DNA of 63,324 bases, filler included, from 6 parts of 6 records of this genome joined end to end with filler, not necessarily neighbours in it, one strand, 5' to 3'. Positions 19,037-29,402 are shown, numbered from the whole stretch's first letter. Numbers and translations are program-made. The notes: generated by a model not told the origin, from the letters alone.

Positions 19037-20398
19037 ATGGCCGATATTAATACAATAAATAAGGATTTCGCTGACTTGTTTAATCAAGGAAATGAATTGT
19101 TGTTGGAAGGTTCGTCAGATGTAATGAACGAAACTCGCAAGAATGCTTTCCAGGATTTTGCAAAATTAGGCGTACCTACTCGTGCCAACGAGAATTACAA
19201 GTACACCAACTTGATTCCGGCTTTTGATCATCCATACAATGTAAATCTTAAATATCAGAAAGTTGATGTTGATTTGAATGAGATTTTCCAGTGTGATGTG
19301 CCTGAGTTGGATACCAATATGGTATTGTTGACAAATGGTTGGTATTACGGAAACAATAAAGAGTTGACTGAATTGCCTAAAGGGGTTATTGTTTGTGGTG
19401 TTCAGGAAGCAGCAGAAAAATATCCTGAAATTTTTAATGCACACTATGGCAAATATGCCAAAACCGACGATGACGGTATTGTGGCATTAAATACTTCATT
19501 GGCAAAAGATGGATTTTTCATTTATGTGCCAAAAGGAGTTGTTATAGAGAAGCCAATTCAGGTTGTGAACCTATTGCGTTCCGATCGTGATTTAATGGCA
19601 ACTCAAAGAAATTTAATTGTAGTTGAGGAAAATGCTCAGGCAAAAATTATTGTTTGCGATCATACCTTAACACACCATAGATATCTTTCGAATTCGGTTA
19701 CTGAAGTAAATGTGGCAAGGAATGCAGTGTTCGATTTGTACACTTTGCAAAATCAGCATTTGAATTCGGTAATTTTGAATTCTACATTTATCCGTCAGGA
19801 AGCACATTCAAATGTTCTTACAAATACAATTTCATTGTACGGAGGAACAATTCGTAACAATCATCATGTGATTATGGATGAGGAACATTGCGAGAACAAT
19901 ACGTTCGGAATGTACTTGATGGATAGAGAACAACATGTAGATAACTTCACATCGATTGATCACGCCAAACCAAATTGCTTGAGTAACGAGCATTTTAAAG
20001 GTGTGATGGATGATAAAGCTTCAGCGGCATTTGCTGGTCGTATTTTTGTACGTCGCGATGCTCAGCAAACCCAAGCTTATCAGTCTAATAACAATTTGTT
20101 GCTTTCAAACGATGCAGTTATCAACACAAAACCTCAGTTGGTAATAGATGCCGACGATGTGAAGTGTAGTCACGGTGCAACTGTTGGACAAATGGATGAG
20201 GATGCATTGTTCTACTTGCGTGCAAGAGGAATTGATGAAAAAGAAGCTCGCCAGATGTTGATGTTTGCATTTGCTCACGAAATTATCGAGAAAATCAGAG
20301 TTGAGCCTTTAAAAGAAAGAATCGACGAATTGGTTGATATGAGATTGCGTGGAGAAATTTCAAAATGTAACACTTGTGCAATTGCATGTAATCATTAA
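19037..20398 (+). CDS. sufD: Fe-S cluster assembly protein SufD
   Basis: ENYKYT, KPQL.I.ADDVKCSHGATVG, FYLRARGI; between sufC and sufS. Confidence 0.93.
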   Translation: MADINTINKDFADLFNQGNELLLEGSSDVMNETRKNAFQDFAKLGVPTRANENYKYTNLIPAFDHPYNVNLKYQKVDVDLNEIFQCDVPELDTNMVLLTNGWYYGNNKELTELPKGVIVCGVQEAAEKYPEIFNAHYGKYAKTDDDGIVALNTSLAKDGFFIYVPKGVVIEKPIQVVNLLRSDRDLMATQRNLIVVEENAQAKIIVCDHTLTHHRYLSNSVTEVNVARNAVFDLYTLQNQHLNSVILNSTFIRQEAHSNVLTNTISLYGGTIRNNHHVIMDEEHCENNTFGMYLMDREQHVDNFTSIDHAKPNCLSNEHFKGVMDDKASAAFAGRIFVRRDAQQTQAYQSNNNLLLSNDAVINTKPQLVIDADDVKCSHGATVGQMDEDALFYLRARGIDEKEARQMLMFAFAHEIIEKIRVEPLKERIDELVDMRLRGEISKCNTCAIACNH

Positions 20399-20413
20399 AA
20401 TTGAAATGATATT

Positions 20414-20441
20414 GTAAGGACGTAGCATTGCTGCGTCTCTA
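20414..20441. repeat. REP-like palindrome
   Basis: GTAAGGACGTAGCATTGCTGCGTCTCTA hairpin; similar element at 22523-22542. Confidence 0.5.
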
Positions 20442-20458
20442 GCATATAATAATATACA

Positions 20459-21682
20459 ATGACGCTGGACATAAATAAATTACGTAAAGATTTTCCAATT
20501 CTTGGAGAGAAGGTACATGGTAAGCCATTGGTTTACTTCGATAATGCTGCAACGACTCAAAAGCCTCGCCAGGTAATTGATGAAATGGTGAAGTATTATT
20601 ACAAGTACAATTCTAATATTCATCGTGGGGTTCATTATTTAAGTAATAAATCTACAGATGGGAACGAGAATGCAAGAAAAATTGTACAGCAATTTATTAA
20701 TGCTGAACATCTGCATGAAATCATTTTTACGGGTGGAACAACAGAATCAGTAAATCTTGTCGCAAATTCTTTTGCTGACAGATATATTGGCGAAGGCGAT
20801 GAGGTGATTGTTTCTGAATTGGAGCATCACTCTAATATTGTTCCCTGGCAATTGGTTTGTGAACGGAAAAAGGCAACTCTAAAAGTGATTCCTTTTAATG
20901 ATAAGGGAGAATTGCTTGTTGAAAAGTTAGATGAGTTGATTACTGATCGAACTAAAATTGTTGCTGTTAATCATATCTCCAACTCATTAGGTACTATTAA
21001 TCCAATTCGTAAGATTATTGATATCGCACATGCTAAAAATGTACGTGTTTTAATTGATGCAGCTCAATCTGTTCAACACAAGAAAATTGATGTTCAGGAT
21101 TTGGATGTGGATTTTCTTGTATTCTCAGGTCACAAACTTTACGGACCTACTGGAATTGGTGTATTGTATGGGAAAGAGGAATTGTTGAATGAGATGCCAC
21201 CTTGGCAAGGTGGTGGTGAAATGATTAAGGAAGTTCGTTTTGACGGAACAACTTTTAATGAATTGCCATTTAAGTTTGAAGCTGGAACTCCTAATTATAT
21301 AGATGCAATTGGTTTAGGTGCCGCAATCGAATATGTTGAAAATATTGGATTGGAAGCTATTGATGCTCATGAGCAAGAATTGTTGGAATATGCAACGGAA
21401 AAATTGTTGAATATCGATGGTTTGAGAATTTTCGGAACAGCTGATAATAAAACATCAGTAATTTCATTCCTGGTAGAGGGAATTCACTTTTATGATATGG
21501 GAATGTTGTTGGATCAGATGGGAATTGCTGTTAGAACAGGAACTCATTGTACCGAACCAGTGATGCAACATTTTGGAATTGATGGAACAGTTCGAGCTTC
21601 GTTTTCGTTCTACAACACAAAGGAGGAAATTGATGCCTTGTATAACGGAATCTTGAAAGTTTGTAAAATGTTTGTACATTGA
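20459..21682 (+). CDS. sufS: Cysteine desulfurase SufS
   Basis: YFDNAATTQKP, EHHSN, FSGHKLYGPTG (PLP Lys), RTGTHC. Confidence 0.95.
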   Translation: MTLDINKLRKDFPILGEKVHGKPLVYFDNAATTQKPRQVIDEMVKYYYKYNSNIHRGVHYLSNKSTDGNENARKIVQQFINAEHLHEIIFTGGTTESVNLVANSFADRYIGEGDEVIVSELEHHSNIVPWQLVCERKKATLKVIPFNDKGELLVEKLDELITDRTKIVAVNHISNSLGTINPIRKIIDIAHAKNVRVLIDAAQSVQHKKIDVQDLDVDFLVFSGHKLYGPTGIGVLYGKEELLNEMPPWQGGGEMIKEVRFDGTTFNELPFKFEAGTPNYIDAIGLGAAIEYVENIGLEAIDAHEQELLEYATEKLLNIDGLRIFGTADNKTSVISFLVEGIHFYDMGMLLDQMGIAVRTGTHCTEPVMQHFGIDGTVRASFSFYNTKEEIDALYNGILKVCKMFVH

Positions 21683-21717
21683 ACCGATTTTTAAGAATAC
21701 AATAAGGATAGAGAAAC

Positions 21718-22140
21718 ATGACTATAAACGAGATTCAGGAAGAAATTGTTGAAGAATTTGCAGGATTCGAAGATTGGATGGATAAATATGCATATCTAAT
21801 CGAATTGGGAACTGATCTTTCCGGCTTGGATGAAAAATATCAAACTGATAATAATTTAATTAAAGGCTGTCAGTCGAAAGTGTGGTTCAATGCAAGTTTA
21901 GAAAATGGAATAGTGAAGTTGGAAGCAGATAGCGATGCTATAATTGTTAAAGGTATTGCAGCTTTGTTGATTCGTGTTTTCAATAATCAATCGCCTGAAG
22001 ATATCATGAATGCTGATCTTAATTTTATTGATGAAATTGGGTTGAAGCAGCATTTATCACCAACCAGATCAAACGGTTTGGTTTCTATGGTAAAGCAAAT
22101 TAAGATGTACGGAATTGCGTTTAATCACGTAAATAAATAA
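21718..22140 (+). CDS. sufE: Sulfur-acceptor protein SufE
   Basis: IKGCQSKVW, ADSDAIIVKG, HLSPTRSNGL. Confidence 0.93.
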   Translation: MTINEIQEEIVEEFAGFEDWMDKYAYLIELGTDLSGLDEKYQTDNNLIKGCQSKVWFNASLENGIVKLEADSDAIIVKGIAALLIRVFNNQSPEDIMNADLNFIDEIGLKQHLSPTRSNGLVSMVKQIKMYGIAFNHVNK

Positions 22141-22144
22141 GAAG

Positions 22145-22456
22145 ATGGGAAAAAAGGAAACAGAATCAATAATCGTTGAAGTTTTAAAGACGATTTACGA
22201 TCCGGAAATTCCAGTGAATATTTACGATCTGGGATTGATTTACGAAATCGATATGTATGAAGAGGATGAGGCGAAAATTACCATGACTCTTACAGCTCCT
22301 AATTGTCCAATGGCTGATCAGATTTTGGAAGAGGTAAATGAAAAAACAAAAGCATTGCCTATGATAGAAGATGTAACTGTTGTATTGACTTTTGATCCAC
22401 CTTGGGATAAGGATATGATGACCGAAGAAGCAAAACTCGAATTGGGTTTTCTTTAA
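22145..22456 (+). CDS. sufT: DUF59 Fe-S assembly protein SufT
   Basis: DPEIPVNIYDLGLIY, MTLTAPNCP, FDPPW. Confidence 0.88.
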   Translation: MGKKETESIIVEVLKTIYDPEIPVNIYDLGLIYEIDMYEEDEAKITMTLTAPNCPMADQILEEVNEKTKALPMIEDVTVVLTFDPPWDKDMMTEEAKLELGFL

Positions 22457-22465
22457 AATATTATC

Positions 22466-22498
22466 AAAAGGGCTGTTTTTATAACAGTCCTTTTTTTT
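22466..22498 (+). terminator. Intrinsic terminator of suf operon
   Basis: AAAAGGGCTGTT / AACAGTCCTTTT stem with T8 tail. Confidence 0.8.
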
Positions 22499-22522
22499 GA
22501 TCTCAATTTATTTATTTGGTGC

Positions 22523-22542
22523 AGACGCACAGCTGTGCGTCT
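22523..22542. repeat. REP-like perfect palindrome
   Basis: AGACGCACAGCTGTGCGTCT, 20-bp perfect palindrome. Confidence 0.5.
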
Positions 22543-22598
22543 TTTCTGATGAATAATGGAATGAAAACTGCATGTTTTAAAATAATTATATTCACATT

Positions 22599-23531
22599 AT
22601 GGATCTCACATTAACAGCAAAATCAAACCTCATAAAAGCCAAAGCTATTGAGCTTGGATTAGATTTGTGTGGAATTGTAAAAGCTGAATATTTAGAGGAG
22701 GAAAAAGAAAAGTTTCTCACGTGGTTAGATAAAGGTTATCATGGTGAGATGGGCTATATGGCGAATAATATTGAAAAACGCCTTAATCCCCGATTGTTGG
22801 TTGAAAATACCAAATCCATAATTGTTGTAGGTTTAAATTACTTCCCAAAAGAACAACAGAAAGATCCCGAAGCACCAGTAATTGCAAAATATGCCTACGG
22901 AAAAGATTATCATTTTGTCTTAAAAGAAAAGCTAAATAAACTTCTTGAATTTATTAAAGTAGAAATAGGAGAAGTTTCCGGTCGTGCTTTTGTAGATTCT
23001 GCTCCTGTGTTAGAGCATGCCTGGGCAAAAAAGGCCGGATTGGGTTGGATTGGCAAAAACTCTCTTCTAATAAATCGAAAAATTGGTTCATTCTTATTTC
23101 TAGGTGAACTTTTTGTTGATATTGATTTGGAATATGAAAACCCTGTTGATCAGGATTTTTGTGGAGGTTGTAGTAAGTGTATTCGCTCTTGTCCAACTGG
23201 TGCAATTACAGAACCTTATGTTGTAAATGGAAGCAAGTGTATATCTTATTATACCATAGAACTAAAAGGCGATATTCCTGAAGAGGCAAATGGGAAATTT
23301 CAAAATTGGGTTTTTGGTTGTGATATTTGCCAGGATGTATGTCCGTGGAACCGAATGGCAAAACCACATCAGGTTGCCGAGTTTGAACCAAATTCAGATT
23401 TGTTATCTCTTTCGAAAGACGATTGGGTAAATATGGATGCCCATAAATTTGGTGAGATATTCAGAAATTCGGCTGTAAAACGCACAAAATTTAAAGGCAT
23501 CAAGCGAAATCTTGATTTTTTAGATTTATAA
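22599..23531 (+). CDS. queG: tRNA epoxyqueuosine(34) reductase
   Basis: YAYGKDYH, VDSAPVLE, GLGWIGKN, CGGCSKCIRSCPT, CISYYTIE, GCDICQDVCPWN. Confidence 0.95.
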   Translation: MDLTLTAKSNLIKAKAIELGLDLCGIVKAEYLEEEKEKFLTWLDKGYHGEMGYMANNIEKRLNPRLLVENTKSIIVVGLNYFPKEQQKDPEAPVIAKYAYGKDYHFVLKEKLNKLLEFIKVEIGEVSGRAFVDSAPVLEHAWAKKAGLGWIGKNSLLINRKIGSFLFLGELFVDIDLEYENPVDQDFCGGCSKCIRSCPTGAITEPYVVNGSKCISYYTIELKGDIPEEANGKFQNWVFGCDICQDVCPWNRMAKPHQVAEFEPNSDLLSLSKDDWVNMDAHKFGEIFRNSAVKRTKFKGIKRNLDFLDL

Positions 23532-23595
23532 ATGACTCATTTCTTTTTACATTTATAGTTTAGTTTTTATCACTTATTATTTAACTATTCTATTA

Positions 23596-24435
23596 ATGAT
23601 TCATAATATATCTCATATCAATTCATTTGATAATACAAACTTGTTTGTTCAATCGTGGAGACCTGAAGGTGAGGTGAAAGCTGTAATTGTATTGGTTCAT
23701 GGTATTGGTGAACACAGTTCTCGATATTACGATTGGGCTTCTCGATTTACAAGTCTGGGTTTTGCCGTTGTTGCTTTCGATCAAAGAGGTCATGGTTTAT
23801 CATCAGGAAAACGTGGAGTGATTTCATCTTACGATGATTTTATGAATGATATTGATTTGATATTGAAGAAATCAGAAAATAAATTCTCAAATAAGCCGGT
23901 GTTTTTATATGGTCATAGTATGGGAGGAGGTGAAGTATTAAATCATTTACTCAGAAAAAAAGCAAATTATATTGGTGTGATATCTACTTCTCCTTGGATT
24001 ATTACACAGGCTGCACCACCCAAATTTGTCATTCCTTTGGTACGATTTTTAAGCAAGTTTCTACCTAAAACATGTATTAAAACCAAATTTGACACCTCAA
24101 TGTTATCGCATGATAATGAAGTTGTACGCAGGTATGATGAAGATGATTTGATACATCATAAAGTGTCGTTTCGATTATTTGAGAGGGCCTATGATGCAGG
24201 TTATCACGTACTAAATTCAAGTAAAAAAATAGATAAGCCTTTATTGTTATTACATGGAGGTGAGGATAAAATCACCAATTGTGTGGCAAGTAAGCATTTC
24301 GCCATGAAAAATAAAGAAAACTGTACCTTTAAATCGTGGGAGGAAGGATATCATGAATTGCACAACGAAAACTTTAAAGAGGAAGTTTTTAATTTTATCA
24401 GTAATTGGATGAATGATATTTTAAATGAAAATTAA
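23596..24435 (+). CDS. Alpha/beta hydrolase, lysophospholipase/monoacylglycerol-lipase family
   Basis: VHGIGEHS.RY, DQRGHG.S, GHSMGG nucleophile elbow, HG..D, YHELHNE. Confidence 0.9.
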   Translation: MIHNISHINSFDNTNLFVQSWRPEGEVKAVIVLVHGIGEHSSRYYDWASRFTSLGFAVVAFDQRGHGLSSGKRGVISSYDDFMNDIDLILKKSENKFSNKPVFLYGHSMGGGEVLNHLLRKKANYIGVISTSPWIITQAAPPKFVIPLVRFLSKFLPKTCIKTKFDTSMLSHDNEVVRRYDEDDLIHHKVSFRLFERAYDAGYHVLNSSKKIDKPLLLLHGGEDKITNCVASKHFAMKNKENCTFKSWEEGYHELHNENFKEEVFNFISNWMNDILNEN

Positions 24436-25438
24436 TAATTATCGAAAAATGGATCGATTTAGAACTGTTGTTGATATACCAAAATCCGAGAACCAAATTA
24501 ATTATCAATCTAAAATATTGATGTTGGGTTCCTGTTTTGTTGAGAATATTGGAAATATAATGACCCAAAATAAATTCAATACAACAGTTAATCCTTTTGG
24601 TGTTATTTACAATCCGATAAGTGTTGCCAATAGTTTGAATATCTTAATAAAGAACAAAACTTTTGACGAAAATGATCTCAATTTTGCAAATGGATTGTAT
24701 TTCAGTTATTATCATCACGGTAGTTTTTCCAATATCAATGCAGAAGAGTGCTTAAAGGATATGAATGCTAAAATGCAATCAGCCTCCCTCGATTTAGCTG
24801 GTGCTGATTTATTATTTATAACCTTTGGTACTTCAAGGGTTTATGAACTGATTGATTCTGGTAAAGTTGTTTCGAATTGTCACAAACAGCCAGCAGGTAA
24901 TTTTAATAGATACCGCCTGAATGTAGATGAGATTGTAAAATTGTATAAGGAATTGATTTTGTCTCTTTCCCTTTATAACCCTCAATTAAAAATCATATTC
25001 ACTCTTAGCCCAATAAGGCATTGGAAAGATGGAGCACACGGAAATCAATTAAGTAAATCTACTTTACTTTTAGCGATAGATCAGCTGGTTCAGCTTTTTG
25101 ATCAGGTCTCTTACTTTCCATCTTACGAGATAGTTATGGACGAATTACGTGACTATAGGTTCTATCATGAAGATATGATTCATATGAATGGCTCTACGGT
25201 GAACTATATTTGGTCTAGATTTGAAGATGCTTTTATGAATAAGCTAACACTCGATCAGATGAAGAAAGTAAAAAAACTTATTCTTGCAGCTAGGCATAGA
25301 CCTTTCAACCCTAACTCAGAATCGCATCAAAAATTTGTTTCCTCGACACTCGTTAAGATGGAGGAGCTTGAAAATCAATTCTTAAATCTTTCTTTTGATG
25401 AAGAGCGAACTTTGATGAGGAAAAATCTTTTAGATTAG
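24425..25438 (+). CDS. GSCFA-domain protein
   Basis: LGSCFVENI, NPFG..YNP, NCHK.P, SPIRH, YFPSYEI..DELRDYRFY; start may be 24449. Confidence 0.9.
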   Translation: MKINNYRKMDRFRTVVDIPKSENQINYQSKILMLGSCFVENIGNIMTQNKFNTTVNPFGVIYNPISVANSLNILIKNKTFDENDLNFANGLYFSYYHHGSFSNINAEECLKDMNAKMQSASLDLAGADLLFITFGTSRVYELIDSGKVVSNCHKQPAGNFNRYRLNVDEIVKLYKELILSLSLYNPQLKIIFTLSPIRHWKDGAHGNQLSKSTLLLAIDQLVQLFDQVSYFPSYEIVMDELRDYRFYHEDMIHMNGSTVNYIWSRFEDAFMNKLTLDQMKKVKKLILAARHRPFNPNSESHQKFVSSTLVKMEELENQFLNLSFDEERTLMRKNLLD

Positions 25439-25492
25439 TATGGACTTTTATCTTGAAATTTCGTAATTTGTTTTTCCCTTTCCACATGAAAA

Positions 25493-25528
25493 AAATAGCT
25501 ACTGATTTTCAGGCAGCTATTTCTTTTT
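25493..25528. terminator. Probable intrinsic terminator after GSCFA gene
   Basis: AAATAGCT..CTGA / TCAG..AGCTATTT stem flanked by A and T runs. Confidence 0.55.
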
Positions 25529-25550
25529 GTAAAAAAACTTTGCTTTTTGA

Positions 25551-25590
25551 TTTGGAATAGTGGATTTACTTGCGTTATCTTTGCACCCGC
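25551..25590 (+). promoter_or_regulatory. Bacteroidota sigmaA promoter firing off the contig end
   Basis: -33 TTTG (25551) - 21 nt - -7 TATCTTTG (25576-25583) followed by CACCCGC. Confidence 0.6.
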
Positions 25591-25604
25591 TTTACAACGG
25601 TAGA

Positions 25605-25704
25605 NNNNNNNNNNNNNNNNNNNNNNNNNNNNNNNNNNNNNNNNNNNNTTAATTAATTAANNNNNNNNNNNNNNNNNNNNNNNNNNNNNNNNNNNNNNNN
25701 NNNN
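25605..25704. other. Artificial contig linker 2
   Basis: N44-TTAATTAATTAA-N44. Confidence 0.99.
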
Positions 25705-25733
25705 AGATTTTATGAACTTGACGGAGAGATACA

Positions 25734-26981
25734 ATGAAAAGAGATCAACTTGTTAACACAATCCTTGAAGAAACAAACCTGAAGAACCGTTTTCTTGAAT
25801 ATGTTAAGGAAGACACTCAGGCTATTAACGGTAGCGAGACCTTCCCATCATCAGAAAAAGAGAAGAATCTTGGAAGAAAGCTCGTTGAAGAACTTAAAGG
25901 TCTTGGACTTGATAATGCAGAAATGGATGAGAACGGGTATGTTTATGCAAAAATGGCTTCAAACTGTGGAAAAACCACAAAAGTTGCTTTTATTGCTCAT
26001 ATGGATGTTGCAACTGACTGTGCAGGCGAAGGTGTTAAACCGCAGCTTCATGAAAATTATGATGGATCTGTTATCAACCTTAAAGACGGCATTTCAATTG
26101 ATCCGGAAGACTCAACACACCTTAAAAAATGTATCGGTGACACAATCATCACATCAGACGGAACTACACTTCTTGGTGCTGATGACAAAGCAGGTATCGC
26201 TGCAATAATGTCAATGGTCGAATACATCAAAAAGCATCCTGAAGTAAAATATCCTGAGATCAGAATATGCTTCACACCGGATGAAGAGATCGGTCGCGGA
26301 GTTGACTTTATTAACCTTGAAAAAGTTGATGCTGACTTTGCTTACACACTTGATGGTGGATTTCCATACGAAGTTAACTATGAAAATTTCAATGCCCATA
26401 GTGCAAAAGTTACTTTTAAGGGCGTTTCAATTCATCCAGGATATGCAAAAGACAAGATGGTCAATGCTATTCGCTACGTTTCAAAGTTCGTTGATATGCT
26501 TCCAAAAACTATGTCACCTGAGCGCACAGAAAACAGAGAAGCGTTTATCCATCCGCTTGATATTCGCGGTGGAGCAGAAGAAGTCAGCGTTGTTATGATC
26601 CTTAGAAGCTTTGCTCCTGAAGATATTGACACAGAAAAAGACATCATCAACAAGATCGTTGACGTTCTTAAAGCAGAAGAGCCAAAACTTCAGGTTGAGG
26701 TTAATTTCACTGAAAGCTACCTTAACATGTATGAGATCATGAAAGATAAAATGTTCGTTTTTGATTATGCTAAAAAAGCTATCGAAGATCTAGGCGCTTC
26801 AGTTGATGTTGAACCTATCCGTGGCGGAACTGACGGTTCGAGACTTTCATTCATGGGTCTTCCTTGTCCAAATATTTTTGCCGGCGGTGTTAACTTTCAT
26901 TCACAGAAAGAATGGGTTGCACTTGAAAATATCGGTCTTGCCAGTGCTGTTGCACTTAAGATAGTTGAAAATATCGACTAA
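25734..26981 (+). CDS. pepT: Peptidase T (M20B tripeptidase)
   Basis: FIAHMD, TTLLGADDKAG, FTPDEEIGRG, AYTLDGG, HPGYAK.KMVNA, IRGGTDG, FHS..EW. Confidence 0.95.
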   Translation: MKRDQLVNTILEETNLKNRFLEYVKEDTQAINGSETFPSSEKEKNLGRKLVEELKGLGLDNAEMDENGYVYAKMASNCGKTTKVAFIAHMDVATDCAGEGVKPQLHENYDGSVINLKDGISIDPEDSTHLKKCIGDTIITSDGTTLLGADDKAGIAAIMSMVEYIKKHPEVKYPEIRICFTPDEEIGRGVDFINLEKVDADFAYTLDGGFPYEVNYENFNAHSAKVTFKGVSIHPGYAKDKMVNAIRYVSKFVDMLPKTMSPERTENREAFIHPLDIRGGAEEVSVVMILRSFAPEDIDTEKDIINKIVDVLKAEEPKLQVEVNFTESYLNMYEIMKDKMFVFDYAKKAIEDLGASVDVEPIRGGTDGSRLSFMGLPCPNIFAGGVNFHSQKEWVALENIGLASAVALKIVENID

Positions 26982-26989
26982 CTCTTTTC

Positions 26990-27715
26990 TCAATCAATTC
27001 TATTCTTAAATATTCTTACACTGAAAAGCAGAATCAAAACATGAATTGCTACGGCCATAAAAAAGATAAAACCGCTAAATAAGTTCAGATGTTTTCCTAT
27101 CGCGACCTCAACTAGCCATGTCTGAGGAATTGCAAGAAGAAGTAACGTCCATTTTGAGCTTAGAATATAATAAGCGATCGGCGGCATGATAACCATTCCA
27201 AGCAGTTTTCCAACAGCAAGGCCTTCAACTTTATTTGATGCGACTGAGGCCATTAAAAGTGAAAAGACCGGAGCCTGGATTGAAAGAAGTGTTGCCGCCA
27301 TCAAAATAACAGCAAAGCCAAAAGGGCAGATATCCAGGAAAGATAGAAAGAAAAACACTGAAAACACAAAGGAGAAAATAACAGGAATAATAACTCTAAA
27401 AAACAGATATCCTGATTTTGAAAGAGGTGTAACGGCGAAATAGGTTATCATTGATTCATCACGCTCATCAAGGATCACAAATCCGATCACCATTCCCACC
27501 ATCATCGGGATAAGCATTGAGAAAAAGACAACTATCATCGCATAATCTCTCAAGATGTCATAGCTAAAGAATTGAAAGATCTTTTCTCTAACAATGGGAA
27601 GAGCTATCCTTAAAATAACTATAATGATCAAAGGAGCAATTGCTGTGAGCGTCTGCATTGGGTCTCTGACAATATTCTTAATGTCTGCAAGTATGAATTT
27701 TGTTAATCTTTTCAT
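26990..27715 (-). CDS. ABC-2 type exporter permease (fluoroquinolone-export permease-like)
   Basis: Multi-TM; ILDERDE...AVTPLS, A.NKVEGLA. Confidence 0.8.
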   Translation of the reverse strand: MKRLTKFILADIKNIVRDPMQTLTAIAPLIIIVILRIALPIVREKIFQFFSYDILRDYAMIVVFFSMLIPMMVGMVIGFVILDERDESMITYFAVTPLSKSGYLFFRVIIPVIFSFVFSVFFFLSFLDICPFGFAVILMAATLLSIQAPVFSLLMASVASNKVEGLAVGKLLGMVIMPPIAYYILSSKWTLLLLAIPQTWLVEVAIGKHLNLFSGFIFFMAVAIHVLILLFSVRIFKNRID

Positions 27716-28416
27716 CAGTTTTTTGTGTTTTTTAATATTTCATATTTTATAAACCACCTGTAAGCCATTGTTGCTATCAGGATGTTCCAGATCGTTAGCG
27801 AAACTGTTGAACTGACCATCTCAAACAACGATACATCTTCAAAAAGTGTCTTAAAAAGTATGATCGATCCATGAGTTGGAAATATCACAAAGATCCTGGA
27901 CTTTAATACTCCGAAAAAATCCAGTAGCGGCAAAAAGAACAAAATAGTAAATACAATTGCGTTAAAAAAGTAACTGTTAACCGTTTTTGATCTCACTGCG
28001 ATCGTGATCCCTGTGAAAATGAAGAAAGTTGAACTTAAGATCACGCCTACCGTAAAAAAGAATATGTTTTGCGGGATCCCGAAAGCGCTAATAGCAACTA
28101 GAAAGCTTGCTACTGTTGCAAGTATTGTCAGAGAAAGAACTTTTGAGAGCAAATATTCATGCAGTTTGATCGGTGTGACAAAGAGTGATTGAAGAATGTT
28201 CTGATCTCTTTCTAAAAGTAAAAGGCCTCCGACAAAAAAGAATCCTAGAACTGTAGTGTCGGAAAAAAGAATAAAAACTGTGAGGAACTCTTTAACAACT
28301 CCTTCAACATTCATGAGAATAGAAAAATAAACGGCAATTATAAACAAATATGCATAGTAAAAACGATGTCTGAACTGAAAGAGGATATCCTGTTTAAGCA
28401 AAGATAGAATTCTCAC
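27715..28416 (-). CDS. ABC-2 type exporter permease (fluoroquinolone-export permease-like)
   Basis: DILFQFR..FY, LGFFFVGG..LLERDQ....LFVTP, YLLSK. Confidence 0.8.
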   Translation of the reverse strand: MRILSLLKQDILFQFRHRFYYAYLFIIAVYFSILMNVEGVVKEFLTVFILFSDTTVLGFFFVGGLLLLERDQNILQSLFVTPIKLHEYLLSKVLSLTILATVASFLVAISAFGIPQNIFFFTVGVILSSTFFIFTGITIAVRSKTVNSYFFNAIVFTILFFLPLLDFFGVLKSRIFVIFPTHGSIILFKTLFEDVSLFEMVSSTVSLTIWNILIATMAYRWFIKYEILKNTKN

Positions 28417-29273
28417 ACCAGTCTCCTGCCGGTGGCTTCGATAAACACATCTTCAAGGGTCGATTCCAGAGTGTGGATTGTCTCAATTGATGAAGAGTTG
28501 AGCAACTCTTTAAATTTCTCGTCTTTTCCCAGTTGATCAATTGCGATATTAACACTTTCCAGTTTGTCATTTGATCTGTACTCGACCTTTGCAAACCGTT
28601 CCCCGCTTTTCATTTTAAGCTTTGATGGCGAATCTGTCACAACGATCTGTCCATCTACAATGAAGGCAACTCTGTCACAAAGTTCATCGGCTGTGTGCAT
28701 ATCATGGGTTGTCAGGAAAATGGTCTTGCCTTCCTTCTTTTTCTGCAAAATAACATCTTTCATTCTTCTTGAGTTCAGAGGATCAAGACCGGATGTCGGT
28801 TCATCTAAAAACAGGATCCGGGGATCGTGCATTATTGATCTTAGAAAATTAAGCCTCATTTTCATTCCTTTTGAAAACGATGAAACCAAGGTGTCCGCAT
28901 CTTTTTCAAGTCCGAGAACTTCAAGCAGCTTATAAGGATCAGCGCATTTTGCTGAATATAGACCCGCAAAGAAATTAAGATTTTCAAGAGCTGTGAACTT
29001 ATTGAAAAGATTAGGGAACTCAAACGCTACGCCGATTTTTTCATAGTAGTTATTTTTCCATGAGCTCAGTTCTTTTTCATTTACTGTTATATGACCTGAA
29101 TATCCAGCCAGGATCTTGATCAGTATTTTCTGGACTGTGCTTTTTCCAGCACCACTTGGCCCGAGAAAACCAAAGATCTCTCCTTTAGAAATGTTAAAGC
29201 TAATATCTTTTATAGTATTGCCTTGTGCACCCGGATAGGAATATTTCAGATCCTGAACTTTTATCATTTTCAC
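28413..29273 (-). CDS. ABC exporter ATP-binding subunit
   Basis: GPSGAGKS, FSKGMKMR, FLDEPTSGLDP, TTHDM. Confidence 0.92.
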   Translation of the reverse strand: MKMIKVQDLKYSYPGAQGNTIKDISFNISKGEIFGFLGPSGAGKSTVQKILIKILAGYSGHITVNEKELSSWKNNYYEKIGVAFEFPNLFNKFTALENLNFFAGLYSAKCADPYKLLEVLGLEKDADTLVSSFSKGMKMRLNFLRSIMHDPRILFLDEPTSGLDPLNSRRMKDVILQKKKEGKTIFLTTHDMHTADELCDRVAFIVDGQIVVTDSPSKLKMKSGERFAKVEYRSNDKLESVNIAIDQLGKDEKFKELLNSSSIETIHTLESTLEDVFIEATGRRLV

Positions 29274-29402
29274 CTCAAAAACACTAATGACTTTCGTATT
29301 AAGTATGACCTTTTACAGATCGAAGTCAAAGATAGTGAAACAAATTGACAGCAAACGGTGTCAGTGTATCATTTGTCGTTGCAACAGAAGGAGAGGTGAA
29401 CA

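Noticed and set aside
20365-20398. Cys-rich SufD tail (CNTCAIACNH) as a novelty
   Set aside because: To my knowledge similar Cys-rich tails are common in Bacteroidota SufD, so not unusual.
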